64,000 bases of DNA from Tubulanus polymorphus (GCF_964204645.1 NC_134030.1:2522778-2586777); one strand, 5' to 3'; counted from the stretch's first letter, positions 1 to 13,700 are shown. Numbers and translations are program-made. Notes: generated by a model not told the origin, from the letters alone.

Positions 1-914
1 GCGTAAAATTTCCCTGGCATTTTCTATCATCGATTCGTCGGTAAATTTTTTCATATATTGTTTGACAAACGACAAATTCAAGAAAGTAGCGATGATAATC
101 ACGTTGAAAAATCGAAAATATTTCATTTCAAAATAATATACCGGTATCAGAACTCTGTGAGTTTCTCCGGGTCCCTAGCCCTGGGGTTGATGCTCGATAT
201 CGATGTTTCCCAGGAAGAGAGCGTAAATAGATTAGTTCATAGATTCGCTGTCAGGGGCAGCACATGACGGTCGATAATATCATGTTGAAGCCGGGAATGA
301 AACTAATTCGTACCAAAAATAAACCGTATTAGAATCGTGTACAGTGTTTCCTTGTAGGTTTGAGGCCTGGATAGTCGGCGCGAGTTTTCGTGGATCGAGT
401 AACCTCTGATCCAGGAGGCCATATCATCCCGGCACAAATTAGTTCACATATTCCCCGCCAATGATTTATTTAGGGGCGGCACTAGACAGCAAAAGCCTAC
501 GACATTCCGTATATCTACTGTGGCATGCGAGTACTCACGCAATCGCATTTTTACATATAATTTTACACCTCTGCACATTTTTGTGTTTTTGTGCTGTCTA
601 GAATTTCGTTTGTCTCTTTATTGGACACACCTGATATAAAGAGTGTTATGATAGTAACAAAGTATCAATAAAGTTTACTTTGACATTGAATTGTTACTGT
701 GGCAAGCGAGTAATCTTTAGGCGTCCCATTACATCATCGATAAACAATTTTGCCGTACTCGAGATATTTAGGCCATTATGTGTTTTTTGACAGAGGTTCT
801 CTGTTTAATACACTTTTAATCTCAAAGGTAGTTTGTTTGTTGGTTTCTCTCCGAATATGTTAAAGAACAGTTTGATTTCATTGCGCTAGAAAAGACGGAG
901 CTGTCGATTCCAGA

Positions 915-2068
915 ATGACTGAGGGGGCGTCTAAATCCGTGGAACCAAGTTATGGTACAGTTTGATGAGTTTTCTACTTTTTTCTACTTATTTTTTTCGT
1001 GACGTGTGCCTCTACTTTACTTGTCTCTATGGCGGCCTCTAACTGCTAGTAAAATAGAAGAGACTGATTGGATTCCATTTCTGCCCTTGAACGAGTTATG
1101 AATTGATCTGATTTTCTAAATAAATATTGCAGGATTCAATATGCATTATGGTAAAGATGATCTTGTGCGTATAACAGTAGAGATACCCGGTTTAGAAGCC
1201 ACTGTAACCGGAGTTAAATCTGGTGCTCATGGATTCGAGCGAAAAGTCAAACCGGATAGTTGTAAACTTGACGTTCAGTTCGCTGATAAGTAAGTTCAGT
1301 AAGCTACATCAGTTTGAGGGCTTTCATCAGTCTGTTTTAGCAGTTACAGGGTTCTTGCAGGTTTCGCAATTTCGTTTTCCATTCCCAGATCAGGAATTAC
1401 ACATTACCAACCTAGAACAGGCAATTCAAAGTAAACAAGCGCAAATTATCATCACCATCGACAAAGTGTTTTCATAATATTTGTTATGGAATATGTAGTA
1501 AGAAATTTTGGCATATAGCCTAAAATTCTTAAGTAGAGAAAGAAAATTTTATTTTTAGACCATTTTTCTGATTTTCCGAAACAAAACTTCCATTTTCCAA
1601 AACTTGTGAGAACCTAGTTAGTTACCTAATCGTTGGTGGTAAGCTTTTTATAATCGGATAGGCTTATACCAACCTTGTGGTTTGTGAAAATATCCGATCG
1701 TGAAACTAAACCACAGTCAGGTTACTGACAAGTGAGAACCCTAAACGTAGCATTGAAGGTTCCTCATTCAGTTAGCCTCATAGAATCAATTTAGAAAACC
1801 ATTAATTTTGTGCAATCATTAATTCAGGAGAGTGGTGCTGGATGCTCGGATATTATCAGGGACACACACCGGTACACATTATCATCTAGAACTAGACGAA
1901 GACGACTGCCGTGTCGCGATAAAGGATCAACCGTTCAGTTCATACGACGTCAGTATCGCAATTACCTCGATGTCACCTGCAAAACTACACACATCTATAT
2001 TTACCTAATTATTTGTTTATTTGTAGGTAAAGGATGGAAAAGTTCGCATATATTTAAGAAGATCTTAA
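915..2068 (+). CDS. Small CS/p23 (HSP20-like fold) domain protein, ~119 aa, 4 coding exons; 5' end uncertain
   Basis: Exons 915-954 (acceptor at 889, frame open from 890), 1133-1289, 1828-1948 and 2027-2068 join at GT-AG sites in phases 1, 2, 0. Product: MTEGASKSVEPSYGFNMHYGKDDLVRITVEIPGLEATVTGVKSGAHGFERKVKPDSCKLDVQFADKRVVLDARILSGTHTGTHYHLELDEDDCRVAIKDQPFSSYDVKDGKVRIYLRRS*. The segments DDLVRITVEIPG, LDVQFADKRVVL, YHLEL and SSYDVKDGKVRIYLRR resemble the CS-domain strand pattern (judged by eye, no HMM run). It could instead be the 3' end of a longer gene starting before the window. Confidence 0.6.
1346..1615. repeat. Dispersed repeat homologous to ~39290-39552
   Basis: Shared blocks ccaayctagaacaggcaat, aaagtgttttcat, ctaaaattc and ttttccaaaac. 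Confidence 0.55.
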
Positions 2069-2869
2069 CGCGATGTTTTCGTAAGCGGTATCATATCAGC
2101 TGTCAACTGGTAGTTTAACAGGCAGAGATCTTAATTTCGAGGAGATATCTCATCCATTCTAAAGTTTAAAAATAATCATGTTGTCTTTAGTTTAACAAAA
2201 TATGTTGATAATCTTAGCTTCGTTTTTTGCGTGAAAAATAAACCACCAGTTTTTTGTCCACATGAGTCAGTTGTTTATTTAAATATCGGAAGTACATTGT
2301 AGCATGAAACATATGAAGTTCATATGTCAATGATGGTAGTGGCCTAAGATCACAAATTGGTGACTTGTAAATCTTTCCAACACAAGGCTAGAACATCCTC
2401 ACTTGTCTTGCTATGAAGAGGCAGCAGTGGTGAGTCAGTGACCTCAGGGTGACTCTACAAAATGATGACTCAAAACAAACAAAATATACAACAAATTTCC
2501 ATCACAGATTCATTATATTTTAATGAATGAAATAAAAAATATTTTGTTTACAAAAAAAATTCCATTGATAATAGAAGAATTTGTTCACGTTTATAATAAA
2601 TTACCAGACCACCGAAGCGAGCTGTTATATTCAATAGTTAAACGTGACAGTTTCGTTTGTTCAAGAGCACATGGAGCAATTTAATACACAGCCTCGACAA
2701 AATTTCAAACCAAAGATTTTTGAAATGATATTCGCAGCACAGCAGCAGCAGCCGTGATACCGGTGTATCGAGTATCAGCACAGTATCGCATCGATATGGC
2801 ACCAATACAACCTGCGTCAACATTAACTTCCATTACTGAAATAAAGACAAATAGATTTTAAATACCCTG

Positions 2870-3225
2870 ATTCGCCGCATCAACTGCATCCTCGCTTGCC
2901 AGGGGTCCGGTATCACACTCCCGAACTCGCTTCCACCAGCCCCCTGGCCTCACGAAGCGTGATTTCATTACTGGCGCTGTCGCGCGTGACGTCATATATC
3001 GTTTTGCGAAATATTTCCTTGTTCGGTAAAACGTTCGCTGATTGGTCAATTTAACGGGAAAACCAAAAGAAGTCTACTGACGGTTTGTTACAAGCGCTGT
3101 GATTGGTACGACCGGATTCTGGTCGGCTGGTAACGACTCGTGAGGTCAAGGGGTTCGGGGAACAGCTTTAGCGTAGTGGGTTCGAATCCCTTGACGGGTG
3201 AAGATGCATCAACTGTGGATTTTCA
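2870..3225. mobile_element. Fold-back element with imperfect TIRs and B-box-like GGTTCGAATCCC, just 3' of the CCT5 stop
   Basis: tgcatcctcgcttgccagggg pairs with cccttgacgggtgaagatgca, and ccccctggcctcacga with tcgtgaggtcaagggg; two internal ATTGG boxes. Confidence 0.55.
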
Positions 3226-3321
3226 TTAACTCTGAAATACTTAATATCAGAGTCTACACCAGTCACGTTTAAAAGTTTGTTAAATCAAATCCCACACCTT
3301 CACCAATGAATAATACCTACT

Positions 3322-6300
3322 CTAGAATTCAGATCGGATGTCGTCAATTTTCAGTATCATTTTACAAACTTGTACGGCTAACATTATCTGGGCTCGTTTT
3401 GATGTCAGAGTTTCAATAACGTGTTGAACTTTCATATCTGAAATAATGACACACAATGAAATTCAGGCTCTAAATACTGAGATTCACCTCAAATACAAAC
3501 AGATTACACCCTCTCAACAGACATTCATTAATACTTATTTAGTCATGATTGATCATTCAACCCGTATTAAAATGAAATTACAGCAGTGTTCTCGTCCACA
3601 ACAGGTTTTAGAGTGGCAACCACCCCTTTCATTTTCACATCCGCCCTTCTGAAAGCCAGCCATCCCTAAAGATATCTGCCCCTATCGGAGTGGATGTCAA
3701 TATTCTATCAAGGCTGATTTAAAATGCTTTAGAATGTATTGAGATGATGTGAAAAAAGAGGATTACACCAAAATTAAGCTAAATTTTCTTAAGGGGTCAT
3801 TCATTTATTACGTACGCATTAGGGGAGGGGGCGTATTTCAGTGCAATGGCGTACTGTACTGTAATGCTTAATGTATATGTAAAAATGGCCGATTTTGCGT
3901 ACAGAGGGGGAGGGGGGGTTGAAGAATTCAAATTTCATGCGTACATAATAAATGAATGATCCCTAAAGCCTCGCTACCTCAGCAGCCATGATGTCATACA
4001 CAAAACAATGATTGAATGCAGCATACAGAGAACATTGCCACAGTAGCGAGTAATTAATTACCTGCGTTGCCGCTGTTTAAACAATCGATTCCTAATCGTG
4101 GATTGTTCTCTTTCACTTGACGTGATTTGATATCGGCTAGCGTTTGTATCGGGGGTAGACCGCTGTTCTCGGCGAGCGCGAGGGGAATCGATTCTAAAGC
4201 TTCGGAGAACGCTCTCATCGCGTACTGTTCTAATGTCGATACCTACACAAATACAGACAATTCATTAACCCTTTCAGTGCTGGCTCATTCATACCCTATA
4301 GTGCCAGAGATAATTTGAAAATCTTGAAAAAATTCCACCCTAGTGTGTTGAATAACGGGAATACCACTATAGTGCGTCTACACCGCGGCGCGGTGTATCG
4401 TTAGTTACTAATATTTCACTATGTTTGTCAGGTGCTGCCAATATTTCAAGAGAGATAATTAGTAATTACTAATTAAATCAATACACCGCAGTGCTGTGTA
4501 CTAGCAAAATCCATCACTGATTCGTACACCGCACTGCGGTGTAGATGCACTGAAAGGGTAAAACTAACTTCCACACAACGATTACATGATCACAGAGAGA
4601 GGGCGCAACTTTTATCCGACTTGCATTGTTTCCCCTGACGCAATCTGCTAAGAATTAAATCAATTAATGCAGTCAAAAACGTTAGACATAGATGGAAACT
4701 GTTTGATTCTACGCGCGGTCTTACAATCTCAACTTATTTCCCTGCTGATTTTAAGCTTTTTTTTTTTATAAATTTAAGAAAAAATAAACTCGCTGATTTC
4801 CAGGTAAGTGGACACTCAGTCACAATGACGCGAGAAATTTTGGGGCCAAACTTACTTTTTCGGCAGCTTGCGCTACGGCTACGGATGAAGATATCTCAGC
4901 AGCTCCGCCTCCGTAAACGATACGACTATCTCGAACTAAATTACGTATAACGCACAACGCGTCGTGCATCGATCTCTTCGCTTCTTCAATTATCTGTGAA
5001 ATAAACGACAAACTTACATACAGAACATAAGATAAAAACCCACGATCTACAGATTAAAAGAATTTAAAAACAAGAATTTATTTGTTAAATCTGAAATATA
5101 TATACGACACTGACATAAAACTGTGAACTAAACACAAATTTTCAAAATCACCGATTTCTCAAAATGGAAGGAGTTTTATAAGTTTAAACATCACTCACCA
5201 TTTTATTTCCGCCTCTGATAAAGATTGTAATCGCTCTCGAGTTTTTACATTCTTCAATCACTAACATTCGATCTTTCGTCGTGCCGAACGTCAGCTCACG
5301 TACGATCCCCGCGTGTCCCAACTTCTCAGCCGTTAACTCTTCAAAACGAGGAACGATTCTTCCACCGGTCGCTATAGCGATCAACTGAAACGATTGTTGA
5401 TACCGAATTTAAGAATCAAATGTTGATACATCTTCTCAATGGGAATACAAAATTCTCTGATGTTTTCTTGATGCTTGACCAGAAATCATGATCGGTAAAA
5501 ACCCCCAATATGAAACTACTGCAAGACTGACCTCTATTTCAGGACCTCCGACCCAGCGAATAGCCGGCAATTCTTTCTGCAGTAGTAAATGGTTGGCTTC
5601 ATCGTCGAATCCCCACTGACAAATTACTAGATTGGAACCGGTATCTTTCACCTGAACAATTAAAAATAAATCACAGATTCAGTGCATGTTCACCTCACCT
5701 CAACTCATTCAGTTCTACAGTTCTGAGTCAACCCTACAGTTAATATCAGTTCATTGTCAATGATATAAATCTTCAATGAGACGAAGCTTAAAACTCAAAC
5801 TGTGAAACTGAGAACAGTAGACTCCGCTCAAGTCGGCTTTGATGATCCACCATTAAAATTGGATACTCGTTGAAGTATCTTTGTGACACTTTATATGAAA
5901 TACATGACTATCTAGAGTTTACTGAAATCTATTTTACCTATCTATCTAACTCAGATGTGGAGTGGAGTATATTGTAAGTAATCTATTTTACCTATCTATC
6001 TAACTCAGCTAAAGGAGTGGAGTTTATTGATTATTTTTTACCTGCTGAACCATTTTCTCGAATTTCTCTTTCTCGTACGCCTTCAGTTTCTTGTAATCGT
6101 CCACACAGGTGACGTCTAATTTATGTTTAGTTTTCGGTTTCGGAGGTTCGAACGGACACGTCAATATCGAGATCTTCGCGTCTTTCACTTGTTTCGGCAT
6201 CTGAGGATGACTGAAGTCTTTATCGACGATGACACCTTTAACGAGCATCGTATCCTCCAGTTTACCGCCGACGCGACCTTCCATCTTCATCAACTCGAAA

Positions 6301-8603
6301 TCGACGTCCTTCCTCTCGAAGTCAGCGACGGCCAGAACGGCGTCGACCGCTATTTCAGCCATATGACGATGACATCGGTTTATACTGTCAATATAACAAC
6401 ATCACATTTAATAATACCGTTTTATGACTAGTCGTAACTGCACCGCTAACAAGAGTGGCCACATTCCGCTCATCTACAATTACCATTCAGTTTTCCCTGA
6501 TTTTTCTGGGATCATTCATTTATTTTACGCATAAAATTTGAATTTTTCAACCCCCCTCCCCCTCTATACGCAAAATCGGCAAATTTTTCCTATAAACTAA
6601 GCACTTCAGTACGCAATTGCACTGACCCCTCCTCCCCTAATGCGTACGTAATAAATGAATGACCCCTCAAAAAATCTCAAGAAATTGCGTAGAGCTGACA
6701 GTGCCCGAGGAATCGCGTAGAGCGGACAGTGCCCGAGGAATCGCGTAGAGCGGACGGTGCCCGAGGAATCGCGTAGAGCGGACGGTGCCCGAGGAATCGC
6801 ATAGCGACAGTGCCCGAGGAATCGCATAGAGCGGACAGTGCCCGAGGAATCGCGTAGAGCGAACAGTGCCCGAGGAATCGCGTAGAGCGGACGGTGCCCG
6901 AGGAATCGCGTAGAGCGGACGGTGCCCGAGGAATCGCGTAGAGCGGACAGTGCCCGAGGAATCGCGTAGAGCGGACAGTGCCCGAGGAATTGCGTAGAGC
7001 GGACCCCGCCGGTGTTTTATGAATACTTACATTTTCGATCCGAGTGTTGTCATAGCAGTCTGTATGAGATTTTCTCTATCAGCTTTATCCACGGTGAAGA
7101 AGTCACTGATTTTCTCGAGATGTTCAATAGCGACTTTAGCGGCCATTTCGAATCCGTCAGCGATACGTATAGGATGAATTCCACGATCTAAAAGCTGTTC
7201 GGCCTGTTCTAGGAGTGCTCCGGCAAGAACTACAAACATAGATCATCGGGCATCAATTAGAACGATGGGTTTTAAATCAAAACGATTAATGAATTAAATC
7301 TGAACTCTGAGTTGTTGAACGGTATTTCTGTAATTTTAGAACTGCAAATGAGACTCATAACTAAAAAACTTCAGAATTGGGTAAGACTTCCATTTCTAAC
7401 AGTAGAGATTGAGTCTAAGGTTGCAGTTAACAGTCAGATCTTTTTGCTGCGATTTCCAACAGGGTTCTTACACTAGATTAGGAAATCTAAAATTCCCTTC
7501 TATTACTGCGGCCAAAATATCATCGTGGATTTTAAACCAAAATTCCCCGATTTCCCCCCCCCCCAAAAAAAAACCTCTTGGATTAAAAAGGCAGTAGAAT
7601 AAGAAAAATATTTCAATGAGTTATCTTTGAGTTGATCTGAGTTTACTACGAAACATAAGGTCTCTGATGAGTTTAAAACAACACCTGTAGTCTGCTGCTG
7701 GGAATTTAAAATCCAAAATTCAATTTCAGGAATCCGGGAGTTTCAGCACCGTACCTACGACTCCAGTAGTTCCGTCTCCTATCTCATCGTCCTGTGATTT
7801 CGATAGTTGTACCATTAATTTAGCGATCTGATGTTCGACGTCCATCATTCCGAGTATTGTTGCGCCGTCGTTGGTAACGGTCACTTCTCCGTCCGGAGAT
7901 ATCATCATCTTATCCAAACCTTTCGGACCGAGAGACGAACGTAGGATGTTAGCGACGGTTTTCGCGGCTAAGATGTGTGACTGAAAATAAAATATTCCAA
8001 CAGTTAGATTTTTAAACTTTGAAAGTTTTGGTCGAAATTAAGTGTAATACCCCCTTTCTGAGGCTAGGCCCCTATGTGGCCCGCGGCCCTAATTAGCGTT
8101 ACTTAAGTAAGAATAGGGCTAATAGGTTAGGGTCTAACTGCAGTTTGGGTCACCTATCCACTGGGTGGCGCTAGTATTATTAAAGAATAGTGTTATGGTA
8201 AGGTTAGGTAAATAGCCATTAGGGACACCTAAACTGCAGTCATACCCAACAGTGCATGTGGAATAGTTTGATTGAAAAGTTCAAAAACGCGACCCCCATA
8301 TCTTCCTCCTTCCTTGCTGCTTGTCAACAAGAACACCTCTAGATCATCGCCGTCATTTGCATATATTTCCAATAAATCCTGCCCCGGCTACATAACAAAT
8401 TTTTCAAACTCTCTGAACTAAAATGGTATTAAGTTTTCAGAGAAATAGCTTTCAGGCCAGGTATTTGACGAACAGCGGTAACAAATATAAACAAATCAAA
8501 CCTTATGCGCGTCGATTCCAGTAAGACGAGTTTTACGATCCTGATCACGCATAATAATGAACGGTCGTCCATACTCGTCGAAGGCTAGGGCTCCTTGCGA
8601 CAT
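3322..8603 (-). CDS. CCT5: T-complex protein 1 subunit epsilon (chaperonin CCT/TRiC), 9 exons, 536 aa
   Basis: Exons 8502-8603, 7755-7980, 7031-7229, 6042-6384, 5532-5651, 5199-5384, 4856-4993, 4062-4242, 3322-3437 (1611 nt, all GT-AG, phases consistent). CCT5-type N-terminus [24 protein letters not shown]. Motifs [53 protein letters not shown] and [10 protein letters not shown]; C-terminus [12 protein letters not shown]. Confidence 0.97.
3793..3963. mobile_element. MITE with GGGGTCATTCATTTATTACGTACGCA TIR and TAA TSD (PIF/Harbinger-like); other copies ~6508-6667 and ~21830-21988
   Basis: TIR pair and flanking TAA/TAA visible; three copies in the window. This copy interrupts an older repeat (3637-4035) that is homologous to 51462-51690. 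Confidence 0.7.
4269..4558. mobile_element. piggyBac-type MITE (CCCTTTCAGTGC TIR, TTAA target), copy 1, in a CCT5 intron
   Basis: TTAA|CCCTTTCAGTGC ... GCACTGAAAGGG|TAAA; internal ACACCGCAGTGCGGTGT-type palindromes; close copy at 39738-40025. Confidence 0.75.
6686..7004. repeat. 28-bp minisatellite (~11 copies) in CCT5 intron 3
   Basis: Unit GCGTAGAGCGGACAGTGCCCGAGGAATC. Confidence 0.95.
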
Positions 8604-9054
8604 TTTCGCTTTAAATCCGAGCCGATATACGAATGAATTGAGGACGATGAACGCCGATATTTACAGACGCCGTATTCAGCTGTCAACGTACAGGAATGTT
8701 CTAGATCCAATATGGCCGAGCCGGTCCGTCTAACCGATCATCCGAAACGATGAGCTAGAAATTATTAAGAGTCAAATCGCATTGTCATTTGAAAATGTTT
8801 TAGTAAATATTTCTGAGATATATCATTTTGATCTGCTCTTATGATTTCTTATGCCATGGTGATTCTAATGGCAAATACCGCACTTATTTCAATAAAGGTT
8901 TTCAGTAATTGATTTACATTTAAAGGCCGGTCCGTTCTGACTATATCGTGTCGCTCACAACCAAAGCCCGTCATGTGCTGCCATCAGTTCACAGCGGCGA
9001 ATTGTGAAACTAAAACCCGGAAATTAATCGTATATTTGTCAAATTAGTTCAATA
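8604..9054. promoter_or_regulatory. Compact bidirectional promoter/5'UTR region shared by CCT5 and ATP6V1F
   Basis: Divergent ATGs at 8603 (-) and 9055 (+), 451 bp apart. YY1-like CAATATGGCCG at 8708-8718 and ETS-like CCGGAAAT at 9017-9024 (motif matches only). Confidence 0.75.
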
Positions 9055-9966
9055 ATGGCTCATTCAGCGCAGAAAGGACGATTAATCGCTGTGATCGGCG
9101 ATGAGGTTGGTTTCTTGTATTTCAGTCTCGTGTTTTAAGAATGTTTTTCTGCTCCTGAAGAATTTTAAACACGTCCGCGAATGATCGTTTCGATCAAATC
9201 AATTCAATTTCAATCTCTTTATTGATCTCATGACTGCTGTATCGTATTTCAGGATACATGCACCGGTTTTTTGTTAGGAGGAATCGGTGAATTAGATAAA
9301 CACAGACATCCAAACTTTCTAGTCGTCGACAAAAGTAAGTTCCAATCATTTCACCCAGACTTGATCTATCTTAAAATTATTGTCATTAAAATTATTGTTT
9401 GAAAATTGATCGAACGAAACATTTAATTTTTCTAGATACAAGTGTTGGAGAAATAGAGGAATCATTCAAAGGTTTTGTTGCTCGTGATGATGTTGCTATA
9501 GTTCTTATAACTCAAAATGTAAGAGTATTCTCCAAAATTCCATATCCCTCACTGACCCCCCCTTTTGTTTTCTTACCCCTTCAATACACTACTAGCCCTC
9601 CAACTCCTTACCCCTTCGATACACACCCTCCGACCCCTTATCCCTCATTGACCCCCTTGTCTTTCGACCCCTTATTCCTTCAATACACCATATTTCTCAT
9701 TATTGTAATGTTTTCTATTTGTAGATAGCAGAAATGATTCGTCATATTTTAGATAATTACATGGAGGCGACACCTGCAGTTTTAGAAATACCGAGTAAAG
9801 ATTATCCGTACGACGCTAGTAAAGATTCCATTCTGAGGAGAGCGAAGGTTTGTTTAACAAATTTCACCGTGGTCGCCTGAATTATTGTCTCGAAGTTATG
9901 GAAAATCCTCTGTAATTATATATTGTCTATTTTCAGGGTATATTCAGTGCTGAAGATTTCCGATAA
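9055..9966 (+). CDS. ATP6V1F: V-type proton ATPase subunit F, 5 exons, 122 aa
   Basis: Exons 9055-9105, 9253-9334, 9436-9518, 9725-9847, 9937-9966 (369 nt). Product: [122 protein letters not shown]. It carries the V1F signatures IAVIGDEDT.TGFLLGG and [19 protein letters not shown]. Confidence 0.97.
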
Positions 9967-10204
9967 GTGTATGCCAACAGCTACAATAATAGAATTATCT
10001 GTGAATGTTGAAAACTAGTCAAATCATCAAATATGAAATGTAGCTTCCGATATTTATTAGTTTAGATTAACTGGGTATGAATTGTAATAGATTAATTGGA
10101 TAAAAAATATCAAGTGGTTTGAAGTATATATTTGGCTATTGACATTCCATACTGTACTTTACTGGAATATATAGTAAATAGTAATACATGGAGTCTGTAT
10201 GCTT

Positions 10205-10712
10205 TCATTGTGAGTCTGCGTCCTCTCATTGTGAGTCTGCGTCCTCTCAATGTGAGTCTGCGTCCTCTCAATATGAGTCTGCGTCCTCTCATTGTGAGTC
10301 TGCGTCCTCTCAATGTGAGTCTGCGTCCTCTCAATGTGAGTCTGCGTCCTCTCAATATGAGTCTGCGTCCTCTCATTGTGAGTCTGCGTCCTCTCATTGT
10401 GAGTCATCGTCCTCTCATTGTGAGTCTGCGTCCTCTCATTGTGAGTCTGCATCCTCTCGATGTGAGTCTGCATCCTCTCAGTGTGAGTCTGCGTCCTCTC
10501 AATGTGAGTCTGTGTCCTCTCATTGTGAGTCTTGTGTCCTCTCAATGTGAGTCTATGCTCTCATTGTGAGTCTTGTGTCCTCTCAATGTGAGTCTATGCT
10601 CTCATTGTGAGTCTTGTGTCCTCTCAATGTGAGTCTATGCTCTCATTGTGAGTCTTGTGTCCTCTCAATGTGAGTCTATGCTCTCATTGTGAGTCTTGTG
10701 TCCTCTCAATGT
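10205..10712. repeat. 21-bp minisatellite switching to a 41-bp (22+19) higher-order unit
   Basis: Unit ATTGTGAGTCTGCGTCCTCTC; from ~10520 it alternates tgtgagtcttgtgtcctctca and tgtgagtctatgctctca. Confidence 0.95.
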
Positions 10713-13700
10713 TTAAGGGCTTCGTTCGTTGGAATGACGAAGCCCTTAAATAATCTGTAAATACTAACTTGTATATCATCATTGAACAAATAAATATATA
10801 CAAAACATGTACAGTCATCACGAATTAATCATTTTATTTTGGAGATTTTATCATTGTTCAATTACCGAGATCGTGTGGATCCTTCCAGTCACCTCAAGAA
10901 ATCTCCATCGCCAAAAGGCAATGTTCCCGAAGCCCCAGAGACAAGCCCACAGTACTAATCCAATACAGTTGACTGACGGACCAGCCAATGGATGGATGCA
11001 TCAGCTGATTAGTACATGCAATGTACATACAATGTACATATACTCATATCTTATGTACATCCTCCGAAATAGTAAACAAAAGATAAAAACGTTATATTTA
11101 TAGTTTTTAAAAATAGCATCTATATATTTTGTTTCACAAATACATATTTACATTAATGAATAATACACAGTTTTACAATAGAAAAAGCTTTGACGAATCA
11201 CCTGGTACCATTTCGGTTTAATATCAAATTCGAAACTAATTACGTATGTTTTCTAAAACGTGTTTCACCAGGAATATTCTTATTGAAAATAATTTACAAT
11301 ATTGAAAACTCTGCCGCGAAAAACCTACCCCGAACTTTCATAGTTGAGATTTCATCGAAATAAAAACTATAATTTAAAATTTCATCTGCTTCAGCCCAAA
11401 CTAACTCTGATTATCTCGAATTTTCCCAGAAATTGAGAGTAATTGTACAGAGAAAATGAGCCATAAATTTACAGCTCAGATTTTATCCAAGAGTGGTATC
11501 CTTTAAACTTTATCTGATTGTACTCTGTGTATTGGAACAGCAGGTCTTGCATCAACGTTGAACAGTTTTCTGCGTATTTGTAGTTTCAATTATACAACGA
11601 TTTCAAACTCCTTCACCGTAATTACATTTCTATATATATTCATAACTTTATATACTTAGTAATAAGTTTGTAAATGGCGACAGTATTTTATATGTTATTT
11701 ATGTATGATTTTTATGGACGAATTTCTTTTCAAGGACGTTATTAGTTTTCATGTGGAGTAAATAACTTTTGGACGCAAACAATGAAATAAGCATAAAACA
11801 TGGACTGGAATACTTCCGTCTACAAACGTTGAAACGGATGGAGTTTTTAAAGGACGGTGATAGACGCACAATACAGCGCTTCAACAATGGAATGTAGTCG
11901 TCGTAGCGACCTTTAAATATTCGCATAAATATCTCAAAATCGAACATTAGAAGATTTACTTATGTTTTTAGAAAAAGCAATGACTAGATTTTTGATGACC
12001 AAAATTCTGAAATTAATACGATTTCATTTGAAATATGAATGAATATTAATACAAACAGAGATAAACAGATAATTGTAACAAACAACGCATCTTGAAAAGA
12101 TTCACAGATTCCCGCAAACCGATTTTAAACATGCAATTATTTTTAGAATCTTTCCTAGCAAATATTGACCTCCCTGAACCTGGTTTAATAGTCAGGGGTC
12201 AACTTTTATTTCAGAGCCGAATTTTGAACATTTCTGCAATGATTTAGCTCTGAAAAAATCAAATATCAACCCTCGACGATCGAGCCAGTTAACCATAGTC
12301 ATTGCATTAGTCAGTATCATTCAATAGTTCCTCAACTGACTAATCAATGACTAAAAGGAGTCGGCCATATTTACTATTATGCCAATGATTTACAGCATAC
12401 TTTCTATACATATTCATGTATGTAATAATAGTACATAAATTTTAATACAGTATTATTGGTATAATAGTAGTTTTCACATACAAATCATAACATAACAGAT
12501 ATAATAACACGAAGACTTATCATTTAAATGGAAATATATTGGTTTAAATGTAAATTGTACGAATTATGCAAATTTCTGCATAATTTACATACATGGATCA
12601 TTCCATAATTGTTCTGCTATCCCTAGTGGAGAAATGGAATAACCAAGTACATGTATCTATGAAACCAACCCCTGATCATTAATGAATAAAAGCCAAACAC
12701 TGAACGACATGAATGTCGTCAACTCACTAGAAATTATTGCCTTTTCATTTGGGAATGAACGATTCAGTAGGGAAAAAATAACAAAGCACTGTTTAACAGT
12801 TTAACAGATGATAAAAACCTTCAAGAACAATAACCACGATTTTCAAACAGGTCAGAAAACATTGAATAAAGGTCGAAAACTTATCTAAAATTATGCAAAT
12901 TACTTCAAATGAATATTAATTAAGACCCTGTTATCTGAAATATATCTACACTTTAAAACATTTTCAATGTTGTAAACAAGTCTGAACACAGTCAAAATCG
13001 CGGCTTAAGTCTACATTTGGGACCCGATCAATCGGGTTAATGACTTTATCCAAACGACGACCTACCCTAAGAAAATTGGAAATACTAGTTATGTTTCAAA
13101 AATACAGAGGAAATGACCTATCCGATAATGACTTTGACTATAGATTCATTTTCAGCAAGATTCATATTCTTACTCCGCGTATAAGCTGCCCACTTTTTCA
13201 TTTCAATGTCTTTGATCAGAATATTGATAACTAAGTCAGGATTCACCTGGCAGCATCTTAGAATCAGTAACACAATATCATGAGATATTTCTTCTTATGG
13301 TTGAAATGTATTGCCACCATTTTGCACAAAATATGTTTATAAAGTAATGACGTTGTTTAAGAAAAGTTTTTAATAATGTACAATGTTGAAAGGTGATATT
13401 CGTCAGGTGACTTTTGTAAAAAAGATCTTGGTTCATAGACACAAAGAAGTGAATGATTTGACCCTGTATCCTGTACAGGATTCACATGATATGTATATGT
13501 TCACTGCCACGTTCACAGGTATTTCACATTCTCCGGATTGCATGGCCTCTTTAAAGATCACACCACAAAAAATTTTTAGCACATTTTAAAAATAATTCTA
13601 TCAAATATTTGTTTCAGTAGGAAAAAACTATCTTACACCATCTTATAGAAACTCGAGTAGCTGATTTAACATTTGGAGAAAAACGAATGGATCTTAAACG

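Noticed and set aside
358-600. Upstream coding exon for the CS-like gene after the acceptor at 357
   Set aside because: All three frames hit stops; at most a 5'UTR exon.
3160-3200. tRNA gene suggested by GGGTTCGAATCCC (also 31941-32010 and 42112-42195)
   Set aside because: No complete cloverleaf or acceptor stem; these are parts of repeats or SINE heads.
6123-6431. 102-aa plus-strand ORF
   Set aside because: Antisense shadow of CCT5 exon 4.
6686-7004. CRISPR-like appearance of the 28-44-bp repeat arrays in this window
   Set aside because: Units are head-to-tail with no unique spacers, there are no cas genes, and the context is eukaryotic.
3438-8501. Intronic snoRNAs in CCT5
   Set aside because: I found no convincing C/D or H/ACA box arrangement with terminal stems by eye; snoscan or Infernal would be needed.
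10110-10569. Four repetitive ORFs (e.g. CESASSH repeats)
   Set aside because: Translations of the 21-bp minisatellite downstream of the ATP6V1F stop.
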